Assembly (NCBI GenBank): GCA_965263355.1
Contig: CBDHHL010000032.1
Span: forward strand, 3,328,001-3,392,000
Direction of reading: 5' to 3'
DNA length: 64,000 nt
DNA from: Leptolyngbyaceae cyanobacterium
GTDB taxonomy: Bacteria > Cyanobacteriota > Cyanobacteriia > Phormidesmidales > Phormidesmidaceae
Shown: positions 1-10,276 of the stretch, in pieces
Position numbering within the stretch: the stretch's first letter is position 1
How the letters are laid out: every line of letters starts with the position of its first letter
Notes under the pieces: generated by a model
Told to the model about the DNA's origin: nothing
Databases searched by the model: none
What the model saw: only the letters and a program-made list of their open reading frames with translations
Translations under genes and position numbers: made by a program

Positions 1-239
1 GCTTGCTTAGCACCATGGGTCAGAATATTACGTCCTGGTGTGTTGGGATCTAGCCCCAGATAGTTGCGGGTTTCTTGCATCCACAGGGAGCGGCCTTTTC
101 CTTTTTCAATAACAAGACACTTTAAACCGTAGCGTGCCAGATAAATAGCCGCTGACAGTCCTCCCATACCACCCCCGACAACAATGGCATCGTAGAGGGT
201 GTCCAAGTGATTTTCAATATTTGCGCTAGATAGTTTCAT
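1..239 (-). CDS. NAD(P)/FAD-dependent oxidoreductase, thioredoxin-reductase-like (runs off window edge)
   Basis: Manual translation from ATG at 239: MKLSSANIENHLDTLYDAIVVGGGMGGLSAAIYLARYGLKCLVIEKG, with a GxGxxG FAD-binding motif; downstream of the peroxiredoxin. Confidence 0.85.
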   Translation of the reverse strand, partial: MKLSSANIENHLDTLYDAIVVGGGMGGLSAAIYLARYGLKCLVIEKGKGRSLWMQETRNYLGLDPNTPGRNILTHGAKQ

Positions 240-459
240 TATCGTCTAACCTGCCTTTAGCGGTTATCAGGGGCGGGGATGAGTGTAGTTGGGTTTGACT
301 GTAGTTCACCTAAAGGGCGTTGGTTGCAAGCAATGACAACACCTAGAGTGACTAGAGATAGAGAAGGCAAAGAAGGAGAGACTGCTGACCTTCTTTGCCT
401 TAGCTGCCTAAATTTAGACGTTTACTGAAGAATTCTCTCCAGTTTTAGGGAGTGTGGGC

Positions 460-1032
460 TTAGCCAACAAACTCTTTGCGAGGCTCGGAAACGCCAGGAG
501 CAGCAACGCCCTTGAGGTAAGCCAACATAGTATCAGCGTCAGACACTTCGAAGGGGTCAGTGGGGCAGTTGTCACCAAAGTCGGGCTCAGCAAACATCTT
601 CTCGATAGTCATATCGTTAACTACCATGGAGTAGCGCCAGGAGCGCATGCCAAAACCCAGGTTGGACTTGTCAACCAACATACCCATTTTGCGACTAAAT
701 TCGCCGTTACCATCGGGTAGCAGCTTCACTTTGTCGGCACCCTGCTCTTTGCCCCACTTGAACATAACAAAGGCATCATTGACGGATAGGCAGTAGATGT
801 CATCAACGCCTAGAGCCTTCATTTCGTCAGCTAGCTCTTCGTAGCGGGGAAGGTGGTTGGAGGAGCAGGTGGGTGTAAACGCACCAGGAAGAGAAAAGAC
901 AACGATTTTCTTGCCAGCGAAAATATCTTGGGTAGTTGTGTCCTGCCAGCGGTAGGGGTTAGGACCTTCAACGGACTCATCACGGACACGAGTCTTGAAA
1001 ACAACGCTGGGCACTTTTTCGATAACAGCCAT
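460..1032 (-). CDS. Type II peroxiredoxin (Prx5/PrxII family)
   Basis: [11 protein letters not shown] peroxidatic motif, [19 protein letters not shown]. Confidence 0.95.
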   Translation of the reverse strand: MAVIEKVPSVVFKTRVRDESVEGPNPYRWQDTTTQDIFAGKKIVVFSLPGAFTPTCSSNHLPRYEELADEMKALGVDDIYCLSVNDAFVMFKWGKEQGADKVKLLPDGNGEFSRKMGMLVDKSNLGFGMRSWRYSMVVNDMTIEKMFAEPDFGDNCPTDPFEVSDADTMLAYLKGVAAPGVSEPRKEFVG

Positions 1033-1105
1033 GATAATTTCCTGTAATTAATTGTTCGGTGGATCAGTCGATTAAAAATCTGACGACTTTTGAGAATTAA
1101 ACCTC

Positions 1106-1168
1106 AGCCACATCCAAGACCGAAACTTTTCTGTAGAAGAATCTACAAGTTTCACCTTGGAAGCGGTT
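1106..1168. repeat. Dispersed ~65-bp palindromic element, copy 1
   Basis: AGCCACATCCAAG..GAAACTT..TGTAGA/TCTACA..AAGTTTC..CTTGG hairpin; shares CTACAAGTTTCA.CTTGG with the copies at 31870 and 54948. Confidence 0.7.
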
Positions 1169-1233
1169 TGACGTCAGTTCAAGCTAAACCTGCTGCAAAC
1201 TCAATTGGGCTTGAGCAGTTACCCTTACAAACT

Positions 1234-1284
1234 AGAATAATTCTTATTTTAAGAAATATCAAGATCCAGAATTATTCTTATTTT
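1234..1284. promoter_or_regulatory. Two Per-box-like operators between divergent prx and perR
   Basis: AGAATAATTCTTATTTT (1234-1250) and AGAATTATTCTTATTTT (1268-1284), each with an AGAAT-N-ATTCT dyad resembling Fur/PerR boxes. Confidence 0.65.
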
Positions 1285-1407
1285 GAAATGAGTGTCAAGT
1301 ACTGCAAATACTGGGGTAGTAATGTTATGCTTGTAATATAGAATCTGGCAGGACCTGATGCTTGTATCCTTGGATGCTGCTTAGGTTGCATTTAGAAAAT
1401 ATCGGTA

Positions 1408-1833
1408 ATGACGGCGATGTCTCAGCAGACAGAAGAAATTGTCCAGCTACTTAAATCTAAGCATCTGCGAGTTACGCCCCAGCGATTTGCAGTTTATTCC
1501 AATCTGCTTGCGCGTCAAGATCATCCGACGGCTGAACAAATTCTTCTTGATGTCAATAAGGATGTACCTCGCTCTTCCCAGGCAACTATTTATAGTTCTT
1601 TACAGGCGTTACGGGATGTGGGCTTGGTACGCGAGGTCCTGCTAGAGGAAGGCGTGTGTCGTTATGATGCCAATGTCAGTCAGCACCATCATTTTCGTTG
1701 CAAGGTATGTGGTGCGATTGAGGATATTCCTTGGGAGCAGTTTCAGTGTTTGGATACTGCGCAGCTACGGCCTGGGCTGACGGTGGATAACTATGAAGTA
1801 ACGGTGCATGGGGTTTGCGATCGCTGCGACTAA
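1408..1833 (+). CDS. perR: Fur-family peroxide stress regulator PerR
   Basis: HPTAE, SQATIY, HHHFRC..C and C-terminal CxxC; divergent from a peroxiredoxin. Confidence 0.85.
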   Translation: MTAMSQQTEEIVQLLKSKHLRVTPQRFAVYSNLLARQDHPTAEQILLDVNKDVPRSSQATIYSSLQALRDVGLVREVLLEEGVCRYDANVSQHHHFRCKVCGAIEDIPWEQFQCLDTAQLRPGLTVDNYEVTVHGVCDRCD

Positions 1834-2051
1834 AGCAAGCACAACGTCACAAATCACAGATAGCGACTCATCAAAGCTATTGAATTGTCTGGTAAAAGTA
1901 GGCAGTTTTTAGCCCAGACAAAAAACTTCAGCAGAACTTCGAAGGAATTTGAAGTCCGCATCACCATACTTTGGCACAGATTGCCTTAAAACTATAGGGT
2001 GGTGTGTCTCCTGAATTTCTCTGAGTTGTCCTTTAGGCGTTTCTTAAACTC

Positions 2052-4088
2052 ATGACAGCCCTCAATCCTATTCTGAATTTTCTAACCCAACCTGCTGGGA
2101 CTGACGCAATTCTGCCCCTGGAGTTAACCAGTACAGCTGACGGCCAGGATTCAACTTCCCTATTGCAAAGTCTTAATGCAGCATTCCTTATTGTGTTGGC
2201 AGGGGAGTCTCATCCCAGCTTTTCCGTAGCCCAAACCTATTTAGATAAGCTATCCACATCACCTGATTGGGCTAAAGCAGCCAAATTTTATAGTCAGGCT
2301 GTGCAACTGATGACTCAAGAACTAGAGCAAGCTTGCCAGCAAGATGCTCAGCTAAAAGCCAAGCTAGATCAGATGGCGGACACCCTGGCTGGTGCTGATA
2401 CCGTGACCGCAGCTAACGCTACTTGGTCTGTGTTGTTTCCTGAAGGCACCGGCATTTGGGGACAGGAAGCTGATCGAGTGAACGCCTTACGAGAAAAGCG
2501 TACAGTTACCATTGATCAGCTCAATCCCAACCCGATTGAAAACCCTGCTAAGCAGATTTTATTTACATCCAATGCTCTGCTGACAATGCCCCTAGGCTCT
2601 GCAGATCTATCTGGGTTGGATGCTGATTTTCAGGCTGAGCTAGCCGCAGCCGCTGACGATCCTCAGCTTTACTGGTACGACCACCCCATTCCCATTGGTG
2701 TTGCTGCCGAGAGTAACGAAATTCTCTATGGTCTCAAGCACTTAAACCATGCTGTCGAGTTTGAGAATCAGCAATCCGGTAGCACCGATAAGGTGAACTG
2801 TGTACTGTCAGTATCGGTCACCCATGAGCGCCTGCAAACCCTAGGCAAAAGCTACCTAAAGCAGGTCTTAGCTGCTAGCGAACCGTTGGACCAGCTAAAT
2901 ATCTTTGCCTTTACCGAGACAGATACCAATACGATCATTGACCAAATATTGCTACCCATCTTAGAGAACTCCTCTGCTAGCGCAGATGCCAAGGAAATTC
3001 TGTCAGTCTTTGGTGTGGATGGCCGTTATGGACGTCACTACAGCTTTCTCAAAGCCATTGTTGCCCTATGGAATGTGCTAGTGGATCCTGAGATCAAGGC
3101 CACATTCAAGATTGACTTGGATCAGGTTTTTCCTCAAGCTGAGTTGCTAGAGCAGACGGGGGCAACAGCCTTTGGACATCTGAAAACGCCATTGTGGGGT
3201 GCCACTGGTAAGGATGCAGCAGGTCAACCCATTGAGTTGGGCATGATTGCTGGTGCTTTAGTTAACCAGCGAGATATTCATAAGGGCGTATTTACCCCTG
3301 ATGTCAACATTCCGGCAGCCAAGCTTGCACCTGATGAGTATGTTTTCTTTAGTAAGCTACCCCAGGCGCTATCCACAGAAGCCGAAATGATGACTCGCTA
3401 TGAGGCGGGAACTGATTTTGATGGGGAGACTAAGGCTCTCCAGCGCATCCACGTGACTGGCGGCACCAACGGCATGTTAGTCGATACTCTCCGTCGCTAT
3501 CAAACCTTTACCCCTAGCTTTATTGGCCGTGCAGAAGACCAGGCTTATATTCTCTCTGCCCGTGGTCAGGAGCCTCATTTAGGCTATGCCCATGCATCTG
3601 GCCTAATCATGCGCCACGACAAAGAAGGCTTTGCCCAGGAAGCCATTGCCATGGCAAAAGTAGGTAAACAGGTAGGAGATTATCTACGAATTCTATTGTT
3701 CTCTAAGTATGCTGATGTGCTGCCCGAAGCCACAGACAGCATTAAGGCCGACATTGATCCCTTTACAGGTTGTTTTGTGTCTCGGCTGCCCATCACGGTA
3801 GCTATGTTGAGATTTTCTCTCAAGGTGGCCAATCTATTTAAGGCAGGTAAGACAGACGAGGCGACTGAGTTTATTCACACAGGTGTTTTCCAACTGCAGG
3901 AAGGGCTGGACTTTATCCAGGGAGAGCCTAGCGACTTACAAAAGACCTATGAACGTGAGAAAGCTGGTTGGCAGCTATTCTATCAGGCCCTAGAGTCTGT
4001 GGAGAAAGCTGTACAAGCTGGTGAAGACTGGGCACTTGAGGTGCAAAAAGCTACTCAACAGATTGTGGAGAATTGCCACGTTAACTAA
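2052..4088 (+). CDS. Uncharacterised 678-aa protein with possible GT-A-like motifs
   Basis: Long ORF followed by a terminator; motifs YWYDHPIPIG, YGRHYSFLK, FKIDLDQVF, GGTNG, GRAEDQAY, RHDK. Confidence 0.8.
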   Translation: MTALNPILNFLTQPAGTDAILPLELTSTADGQDSTSLLQSLNAAFLIVLAGESHPSFSVAQTYLDKLSTSPDWAKAAKFYSQAVQLMTQELEQACQQDAQLKAKLDQMADTLAGADTVTAANATWSVLFPEGTGIWGQEADRVNALREKRTVTIDQLNPNPIENPAKQILFTSNALLTMPLGSADLSGLDADFQAELAAAADDPQLYWYDHPIPIGVAAESNEILYGLKHLNHAVEFENQQSGSTDKVNCVLSVSVTHERLQTLGKSYLKQVLAASEPLDQLNIFAFTETDTNTIIDQILLPILENSSASADAKEILSVFGVDGRYGRHYSFLKAIVALWNVLVDPEIKATFKIDLDQVFPQAELLEQTGATAFGHLKTPLWGATGKDAAGQPIELGMIAGALVNQRDIHKGVFTPDVNIPAAKLAPDEYVFFSKLPQALSTEAEMMTRYEAGTDFDGETKALQRIHVTGGTNGMLVDTLRRYQTFTPSFIGRAEDQAYILSARGQEPHLGYAHASGLIMRHDKEGFAQEAIAMAKVGKQVGDYLRILLFSKYADVLPEATDSIKADIDPFTGCFVSRLPITVAMLRFSLKVANLFKAGKTDEATEFIHTGVFQLQEGLDFIQGEPSDLQKTYEREKAGWQLFYQALESVEKAVQAGEDWALEVQKATQQIVENCHVN

Positions 4089-4143
4089 CAATCCAACAAG
4101 AACTGTTGGTGTATTGACCAATTATTAACGGTCTAATTAAAGC

Positions 4144-4174
4144 CCGAAGGGCAGTTTCTGCCTTTCGGTTTTTT
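4144..4174 (+). terminator. Intrinsic terminator
   Basis: CCGAAGGGCAG-TTT-CTGCCTTTCGG followed by T6. Confidence 0.8.
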
Positions 4175-4582
4175 GTTTAAGGAGATTTAGGCAGACGGAT
4201 GGAACTGTTGACTGTTCCGAACTATTCTGCAGGAATTCTTCGTATGGGCATAGCCTCTCTAAGAGACATATGGCTGCCTTAACTTTCTGCAATATGAAGA
4301 TTTAGCCAGTTGAGTGAAGTTGAGATAGTTCTCTTTACAAGAATTCATGAACTTACTCGTAGGGAACAACCTGGTGACTTAGACTGTCGTTGCTATATGT
4401 TATCTACCCTTCCAGACGAGATATCCATGGCCATTTGCCTGTCTCTTTGTTCTCCTGGCAGTGCTGGCTTTGGGGGAGCACCCTAAGGGGAATACCGCAC
4501 TGTTCAGTACTTGTTGGTATCACAGAAAAATTGTCTTGATATCACCTTTGCCAAAGATCAGAGATTTACGAAGGTGTGGTGA

Positions 4583-5232
4583 AAAAATGACACTATTATA
4601 GGCGGTGACGGTAACGACACGCTCAGTGGTGGTAATGGCAATGATACCGTACGTGGAGGTAACGATAGCGACCTGCTCAGAGGTAATAACGGTGATGACA
4701 CCTTGTTTGGCAACAGCGGTAATGATCGTTTAAATGGTGGTAATGGTAATGACACCCTTCAGGGCGGACAGGGTAATGATACCCTCGTTGGTGGAATAGG
4801 GAATGACGAACTCACAGATGTACGCGGAGATGCCAATCTCTTTGTTGGCGGTCAGGGGCTAATACATTGCGTGGTGGGCTCAACCCCATTGATACCTTTA
4901 GGTACCTGAGCTTGAGTGACTCTTTGTTAAGTGGGTTTGATGAGATTCAGCAGCTGCAAATTGGCACTGACATCATTGAAGCTCCGGGCAGGGTAAATGC
5001 TGCTGATTTGCAACAGCTGGGTGAGGCGGCATCCCTATCTGCAACCAATATCCAAACGATTTTGTCTACCACTGATTTTGTCAGTAATGGTGCTGCCACA
5101 TTTACCGTAGATGTTGGCAGTCGTACCTTCCTGGCAATTAATGATGATACGGCTGGTTTCTCGGCAGCTAGCGACGCCATTATTGAGATTACAGGCTTTA
5201 CTGGCAATCTCTCTGATTTGTCTATTGCATAA
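4583..5232 (+). pseudogene. RTX calcium-binding/bluetail protein, copy 1 (no intact start, frameshifted)
   Basis: GGxGxDxL nonapeptides from ~4586 in one frame with an in-frame TGA at 4580-4582; one G missing in CAGGGGCT at ~4853-4860 shifts into the frame encoding the C-terminal domain ([25 protein letters not shown]). Confidence 0.75.
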
Positions 5233-5969
5233 GTTCGGAGTGTTTAAACATCAATGCTGTGACTGCAGAATCCTTCAGTCGCAGCATTGGCATGGAGTTC
5301 TTCACAAGCACGAAGTTATTGCTTAACTAGCTACATTGGCCCATTCTGCAAGCCGAGCAAAGCTCTACATCTTCGCTGCAAGGCATGTGGTGCCATTGGG
5401 AACATCTTAACAGACCACTAGGGGAAGTCAGGAATCAACGGATAGCATAGGCAAGCGTAATACATACATATTCAACGCAGTTGAAAATCTTGATAGGTAG
5501 GCTATTGCTTCAACACCATCTTTGCAAGAACTTAGCTATTTACTAAGCTAGAGTAAAAAAAGTTCTGGTTGAACATATCGATTTAGCGATCATCTCTGCA
5601 GAAAGGTTAGTATGTTGGCTGATTGGGGATGCGCTCTTGTAAGCAATGAGTTTATTCAGGGGTAATGACAACCTGCCAGAATTAGGGAGCAAGTATCTGC
5701 TTAGGTTCTATCAACATGGGTAAACGCCCCTGAATTGTCCTACCAAAAAATTAGGACAACTTTTGTTTGTGTGACTGAGAGCTTATCCTCAGCTACACAA
5801 CTATGCTCAACTAGCCCCAGCCCTTGGGAGCAAAACTTGTTTCCAAAAGTTTTGATAGACTTTTTTCTTAAAAGACCCTTTCAGAAAAGGTCTTAACAGG
5901 ATCTCATGCTTAGAAGTCGCTCTGAAATAAGCGTTTGATTGTTGAAAATATAGATGGAAAGTTAGTTCG

Positions 5970-6686
5970 ATGTCTCAGCAAATTGGCACTCATGTAGGTG
6001 ATGAGCTTTTCGGTACAATTGGTAACGATGTTATCTCCGGTCAAGCAGGTGACGACTTTATTAGCGGTAGCGCTGGTGATGACACCCTCAATGGTGGTAA
6101 CGGCAACGATACAGTCAGGGGTGGTGCTGACAATGATCTGCTCAGAGGCAACAACGGCAACGACATTTTGAATGGTGGTGCTGGCAACGACCTTCTCAAT
6201 GGTGGTGCTGACAATGACACCCTCATTGGCGGACTGGGTTTGGATACTCTGGTTGGAGGCACTGGCAATGACAACTTGCGTGGCAATGACGGCAATGATC
6301 TCTTCATTGGCGGTGAAGGTGCTGATACCATGCTTGGGGGCGCTGGCTCCGATACCTTTAGATATCTTAGGTTGAGTGAGTCCCAGTTAAGCAGTTTTGA
6401 TAAAATCACTGGTTTAGAAATTGGCACTGACACCATTGAAGGCCCTGGAAAAGTAGATGCTGCTGATCTGCAGCAGCTGGGTGCAGCGGCGTCTCTTACT
6501 GAAGCAGACATCCAAGCGGTCTTAACAGCCACTGATTTTGTTAGCGGTGGTGCCGCTACATTTACCCAAGGTAGTCGCACCTTCCTAGCCATCAATGATG
6601 GTACAGCTGGCTTCTCAGCAGCTACTGATGCCATTATCGACATCACAGGCTTTACTGGTGATCTTGCTGACCTGTCTATTGCCTAA
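5970..6686 (+). CDS. RTX calcium-binding repeat protein with bluetail-like C-terminal domain, copy 2
   Basis: GGxGNDxLxG repeats, then [47 protein letters not shown]. Confidence 0.9.
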   Translation: MSQQIGTHVGDELFGTIGNDVISGQAGDDFISGSAGDDTLNGGNGNDTVRGGADNDLLRGNNGNDILNGGAGNDLLNGGADNDTLIGGLGLDTLVGGTGNDNLRGNDGNDLFIGGEGADTMLGGAGSDTFRYLRLSESQLSSFDKITGLEIGTDTIEGPGKVDAADLQQLGAAASLTEADIQAVLTATDFVSGGAATFTQGSRTFLAINDGTAGFSAATDAIIDITGFTGDLADLSIA

Positions 6687-6815
6687 GCGCAAGAGCTGTC
6701 ATCAAGCATTCACTGAATGTGGTGCAAGCACTACGGCCATACTATCGATAGTGTAGTGTAGTACTTTTACTACGTATAGTATGGCTTTAGAAGCTTTAAA
6801 TATCGATTACCCTTT

Positions 6816-6846
6816 AAAAAGGTTCCTGAATCCAGGAACCTTTTTT
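6816..6846. terminator. Bidirectional intrinsic terminator
   Basis: AAAAAGGTTCCTG-AATC-CAGGAACCTTTTTT. Confidence 0.8.
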
Positions 6847-7453
6847 ACTTAAAGCCTCAAAAAATAGGTTAAATAATTTCTCTCCTTGAATATAACATTG
6901 GCCATATTACTAATTATAAAGACAGCGAAACACTCTCCTTGACAGTCCCTTTGTTAAATATATGACATTTGCAAAGCGGGGATAAAAAAATGACAATTAT
7001 ACCTATCAACTCAAAATATTCTTTTCAGAAACGCTAACATGCTACTCAAGTGGGGATGTGTTCTTTAAGCCATGAGCTTATCAAAGGTAACGATGGGTTT
7101 ATCAAAGTTTGGGCATTTCTCGAAAAAACTGTACCGTTTGAAGACCCTCTTCTTTGCCGTAAGTTTAATCGAACAGGGCATGGATAACTGGTAGCTTCTT
7201 TACCAAAAATGTCCTTGTACCTTACTAGCCTGTTAGAAACCATGCCCTACCATATCGAGTTTCAACTGAATGTTGGATTTTAATACCTGTCTGGTCCAGA
7301 TTCCCCGACATCAGCAGATCTCCTTGGATCGTTTTGATAGCTATTTTTGTTAAAGCCTTTCAAATAAATGGGGTTTTAGGCAAGGTTCAGGCTTGAAGAT
7401 TGTTCTTGAATACGTGTTTGAGTATTGGAATCGTTAAGTAGGAAATTTGTGTA

Positions 7454-8188
7454 ATGTCTCAGCAATTTGGAACTCATTTGGATGATACCCTTTTCGATAC
7501 ACCTGGAGATGACGAAATCTTCGCTATAGCCGGTAATGACACTGTTTTCGGAGGTGGCGGTAACGACACTATCAGTGGTGGTAACGGCGATGATGATGTA
7601 TATGGTGGTACCGGTAACGACCTTCTAAGAGGTAATAATGGTGTCGACGTATTGCTTGGCGAAGACGGCAACGACCTTTTAAATGGCGGAAATGATGGTG
7701 ATTTCCTTGAAGGTGGAGCCGATAACGACACCTTGGTTGGCGGCAACGGTAACGACATTCTCTACGGTGATGATTTAGTCGGCATTGAAGTCGGTGATGA
7801 TCTCTTGATTGGCGGTAATGGCTCTGATGTCTTAACAGGAGGAGCTGGTGCTGATACCTTTAGGTACCTTCGCTTGAATGAGTCGCTGCTCAGTAATTTT
7901 GATATCATCACTGACCTTGAAATTGGCACTGACACCATTGAAGCACCGGGTAAGGTAGATGCCGCTGACTTAAAGCAACTGGGTGCGGCTGCGTCCCTTT
8001 CTGAAGCCAGTATTCAAGCAGTCCTAACCGCCACTGATTTTGTCAGCAATGGTGCCGCCACCTTTACCCAAGGTGGAAGCACTTTCCTGGCCATTAATGA
8101 TGGTACAGCTGGTTTCTCGGCAGCAACCGATGCCATCATCGAAATTACAAACTTTACGGGTAACCTCTCTGATCTATCTATCGCGTAA
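7454..8188 (+). CDS. RTX/bluetail protein, copy 3
   Basis: Same architecture as copy 2; starts MSQQFGTH. Confidence 0.9.
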   Translation: MSQQFGTHLDDTLFDTPGDDEIFAIAGNDTVFGGGGNDTISGGNGDDDVYGGTGNDLLRGNNGVDVLLGEDGNDLLNGGNDGDFLEGGADNDTLVGGNGNDILYGDDLVGIEVGDDLLIGGNGSDVLTGGAGADTFRYLRLNESLLSNFDIITDLEIGTDTIEAPGKVDAADLKQLGAAASLSEASIQAVLTATDFVSNGAATFTQGGSTFLAINDGTAGFSAATDAIIEITNFTGNLSDLSIA

Positions 8189-8295
8189 GCTCGATAACTG
8201 TGTAGCATTCACCCAGTTCCTTTAACAACAACGATACTATCGACGCTATCGTTTGACTAGCACATCCATGCTGCTTGTAACAGCATTAGTTCATT

Positions 8296-8331
8296 GCACA
8301 AAAGATTCCTGACCTCAGGAATCTTTTGTGC
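8296..8331. terminator. Intrinsic terminator homologous to the 6816 hairpin
   Basis: GCACAAAAGATTCCTG-ACCT-CAGGAATCTTTTGTGC. Confidence 0.75.
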
Positions 8332-8963
8332 TTAATGCCACCAAAAGTTTGACCTAGCCAAGACTTCTCGCTGGATACCAACTGAACGCAGAAAATTTTA
8401 CTGGGGACAGAATGCAGTAACCGAAGGCCAAAAGCGAATTGTTTTCCACCTTCAGTCTTCTAGCCTAGTCAACATTTTCCGTTTTGAGTTGATACCCATC
8501 TGCCAATCTACTTGATAACACTTTTGTCAAATATGTGACATTTACAAAGCAAGCATGAAAAAGTTCCCATTATTCCTATCAACTAAACTATATCCTTTCC
8601 AGAAACGCTAATATACTACTCAAGCAAGGATAGTCTCTGTAAGCAATCAGCTTTTTCATAGGAACCATTAGCTACCAATGCTTTAACCTTAGTGACCAGT
8701 AGCAATGTCTCTGTTGTATTTGCTTTAAACCCAACTTTGAGGCGTAACATTTAAGACAAGAGAGTACTGCTGACATCAGCACGTACCGTTATGCCCTCCA
8801 GAAAAAGCAGAAAGATTGCCCAAAGACTCCCTTACAACACTTGAGCTGTTGTTCTTGCTGATTTAACTAGAATGACCTGCTTTAGCTAAATGGCCTACTG
8901 CTATTAGAACGCTGATTGACATAAGTGTTTACCTATTGAAGTTACAAAAAGGAACGTTTTGTG

Positions 8964-9692
8964 ATGGCTGAAATTATCGGTACTTTTGAAGATGAGTTAA
9001 TTGTTGGTAGCAAAGGTGATGACGTAATCTCCTCCTCTGCAGGTGATGATTTGATCGTTGGTCTGCGAGGCAATGACACCCTGAGTGGTGGTAATGGTGA
9101 TGACATTGCGTTTGGTGGAAAAGGTGATGACCTACTCCGGGGGAACAATGGTGAAGATGCCTTATTTGGTGGCAAAGGCAACGACCTGCTAAATGGTGGT
9201 GCCGATAATGATGGCCTGTTCGGTGGCAAGGGAATGGATACCCTGGTTGGAGGCACTGGCGATGACTTTCTCGCTGGTGATGCTGACGCTGATCTTTTGA
9301 TAGGCGGTGCCGGGGCTGATACCTTGCGTGGTGGCCGTGGTAAAGATACCTTCAGGTACTTAAGCTTAGATGATTCCCTGCTATCTGGGTTTGATAAAAT
9401 TCGTGATCTGAACATTAGAAGAGATACCATTGAAGGCCCAGGCAAAGTTGATGCAGCTGACCTAAAACAACTGGGTACCGCAGCGTCTCTAGCAGAGGCA
9501 GACATCCAAGCGATTCTATCAGCGTCTGACTTTGTCAGTAACGGTGCCGCCACCTTTACAACGTCTGGTCGTAGAGGCACCCGCACCTTCCTAGCCATTA
9601 ACGATGGCACCGCTGGTTTCTCAGCCATCGATGATGCCATCATTGAGATTACAGGCTTTACCGGCAATCTTTCTAACTTGTCTCTTGCGTAA
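8964..9692 (+). CDS. RTX/bluetail protein, copy 4
   Basis: Same architecture; ATG at 8964 after AAGGAA; more basic residues (GGKG, RRGTRT). Confidence 0.9.
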   Translation: MAEIIGTFEDELIVGSKGDDVISSSAGDDLIVGLRGNDTLSGGNGDDIAFGGKGDDLLRGNNGEDALFGGKGNDLLNGGADNDGLFGGKGMDTLVGGTGDDFLAGDADADLLIGGAGADTLRGGRGKDTFRYLSLDDSLLSGFDKIRDLNIRRDTIEGPGKVDAADLKQLGTAASLAEADIQAILSASDFVSNGAATFTTSGRRGTRTFLAINDGTAGFSAIDDAIIEITGFTGNLSNLSLA

Positions 9693-9718
9693 ACCAAGGA
9701 CCTGTTGAACGTAAACAT

Positions 9719-9762
9719 TACCCCTTGTAGGGTCATTGCATGCAATGACCCTACAAGGGGTA
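9719..9762. repeat. Perfect 44-bp loopless palindrome, GTAG-REP-like
   Basis: TACCCCTTGTAGGGTCATTGCA|TGCAATGACCCTACAAGGGGTA. Confidence 0.8.
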
Positions 9763-10276
9763 GAACAACCATGTTATTGCTGATCAGACGATGAGTTTCT
9801 AACCAAAACTCGTCTTCTATAACACTGACAGCGATATTTACGCGAAAGATCCGTTAGGAAGGCTGGGCATCTCTCAAAAGAGACTATTAATGTTAGACCT
9901 ATATAGGTTCCAACAACTGATGATCGCCTATAATCAGTCTTTTGCCATGCTACTCAGTGGTGTCCACACAGAAACGCGCTATTTGATGATAGCCAACAGC
10001 ATTTCCTAACTTTTGCAGAAAAATGGTTAGTGGCCTGAGACGATCTCAGATACCAGGCTATTAGCCCTATGGTGTAACCCAGTGATCAGGTGCTGCGTCG
10101 CACCTCATAAAAGCACCAGGCTCAGCGATAAGGCTTACACTTCAAACCATCAAGAATAGTTGATCATTTCTCATAAGCACCCTAGAAGCATTCAATTGAA
10201 AGGCTTTAGATAAACACAAAACTCTTTCTTACGATCATATAAATTTGTTGCTTGACTCAGCCCTAAAAGAGATTTA

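Noticed and set aside
1090..1341. 83-aa ORF between prx and perR
   Set aside because: Runs through the dispersed repeat and the Per boxes; no protein-like features
4558..9772. Ser/Pro/Leu-rich minus-strand ORFs (4558-4755, 4947-5207, 6041-6646, 7474-7758, 8942-9772)
   Set aside because: Antisense shadows of the Gly/Asp-rich RTX repeats
9890..10009. 39-aa ORF MLDLYRFQQLMIAYNQ...
   Set aside because: No recognisable motif or clear RBS; chance ORF cannot be excluded
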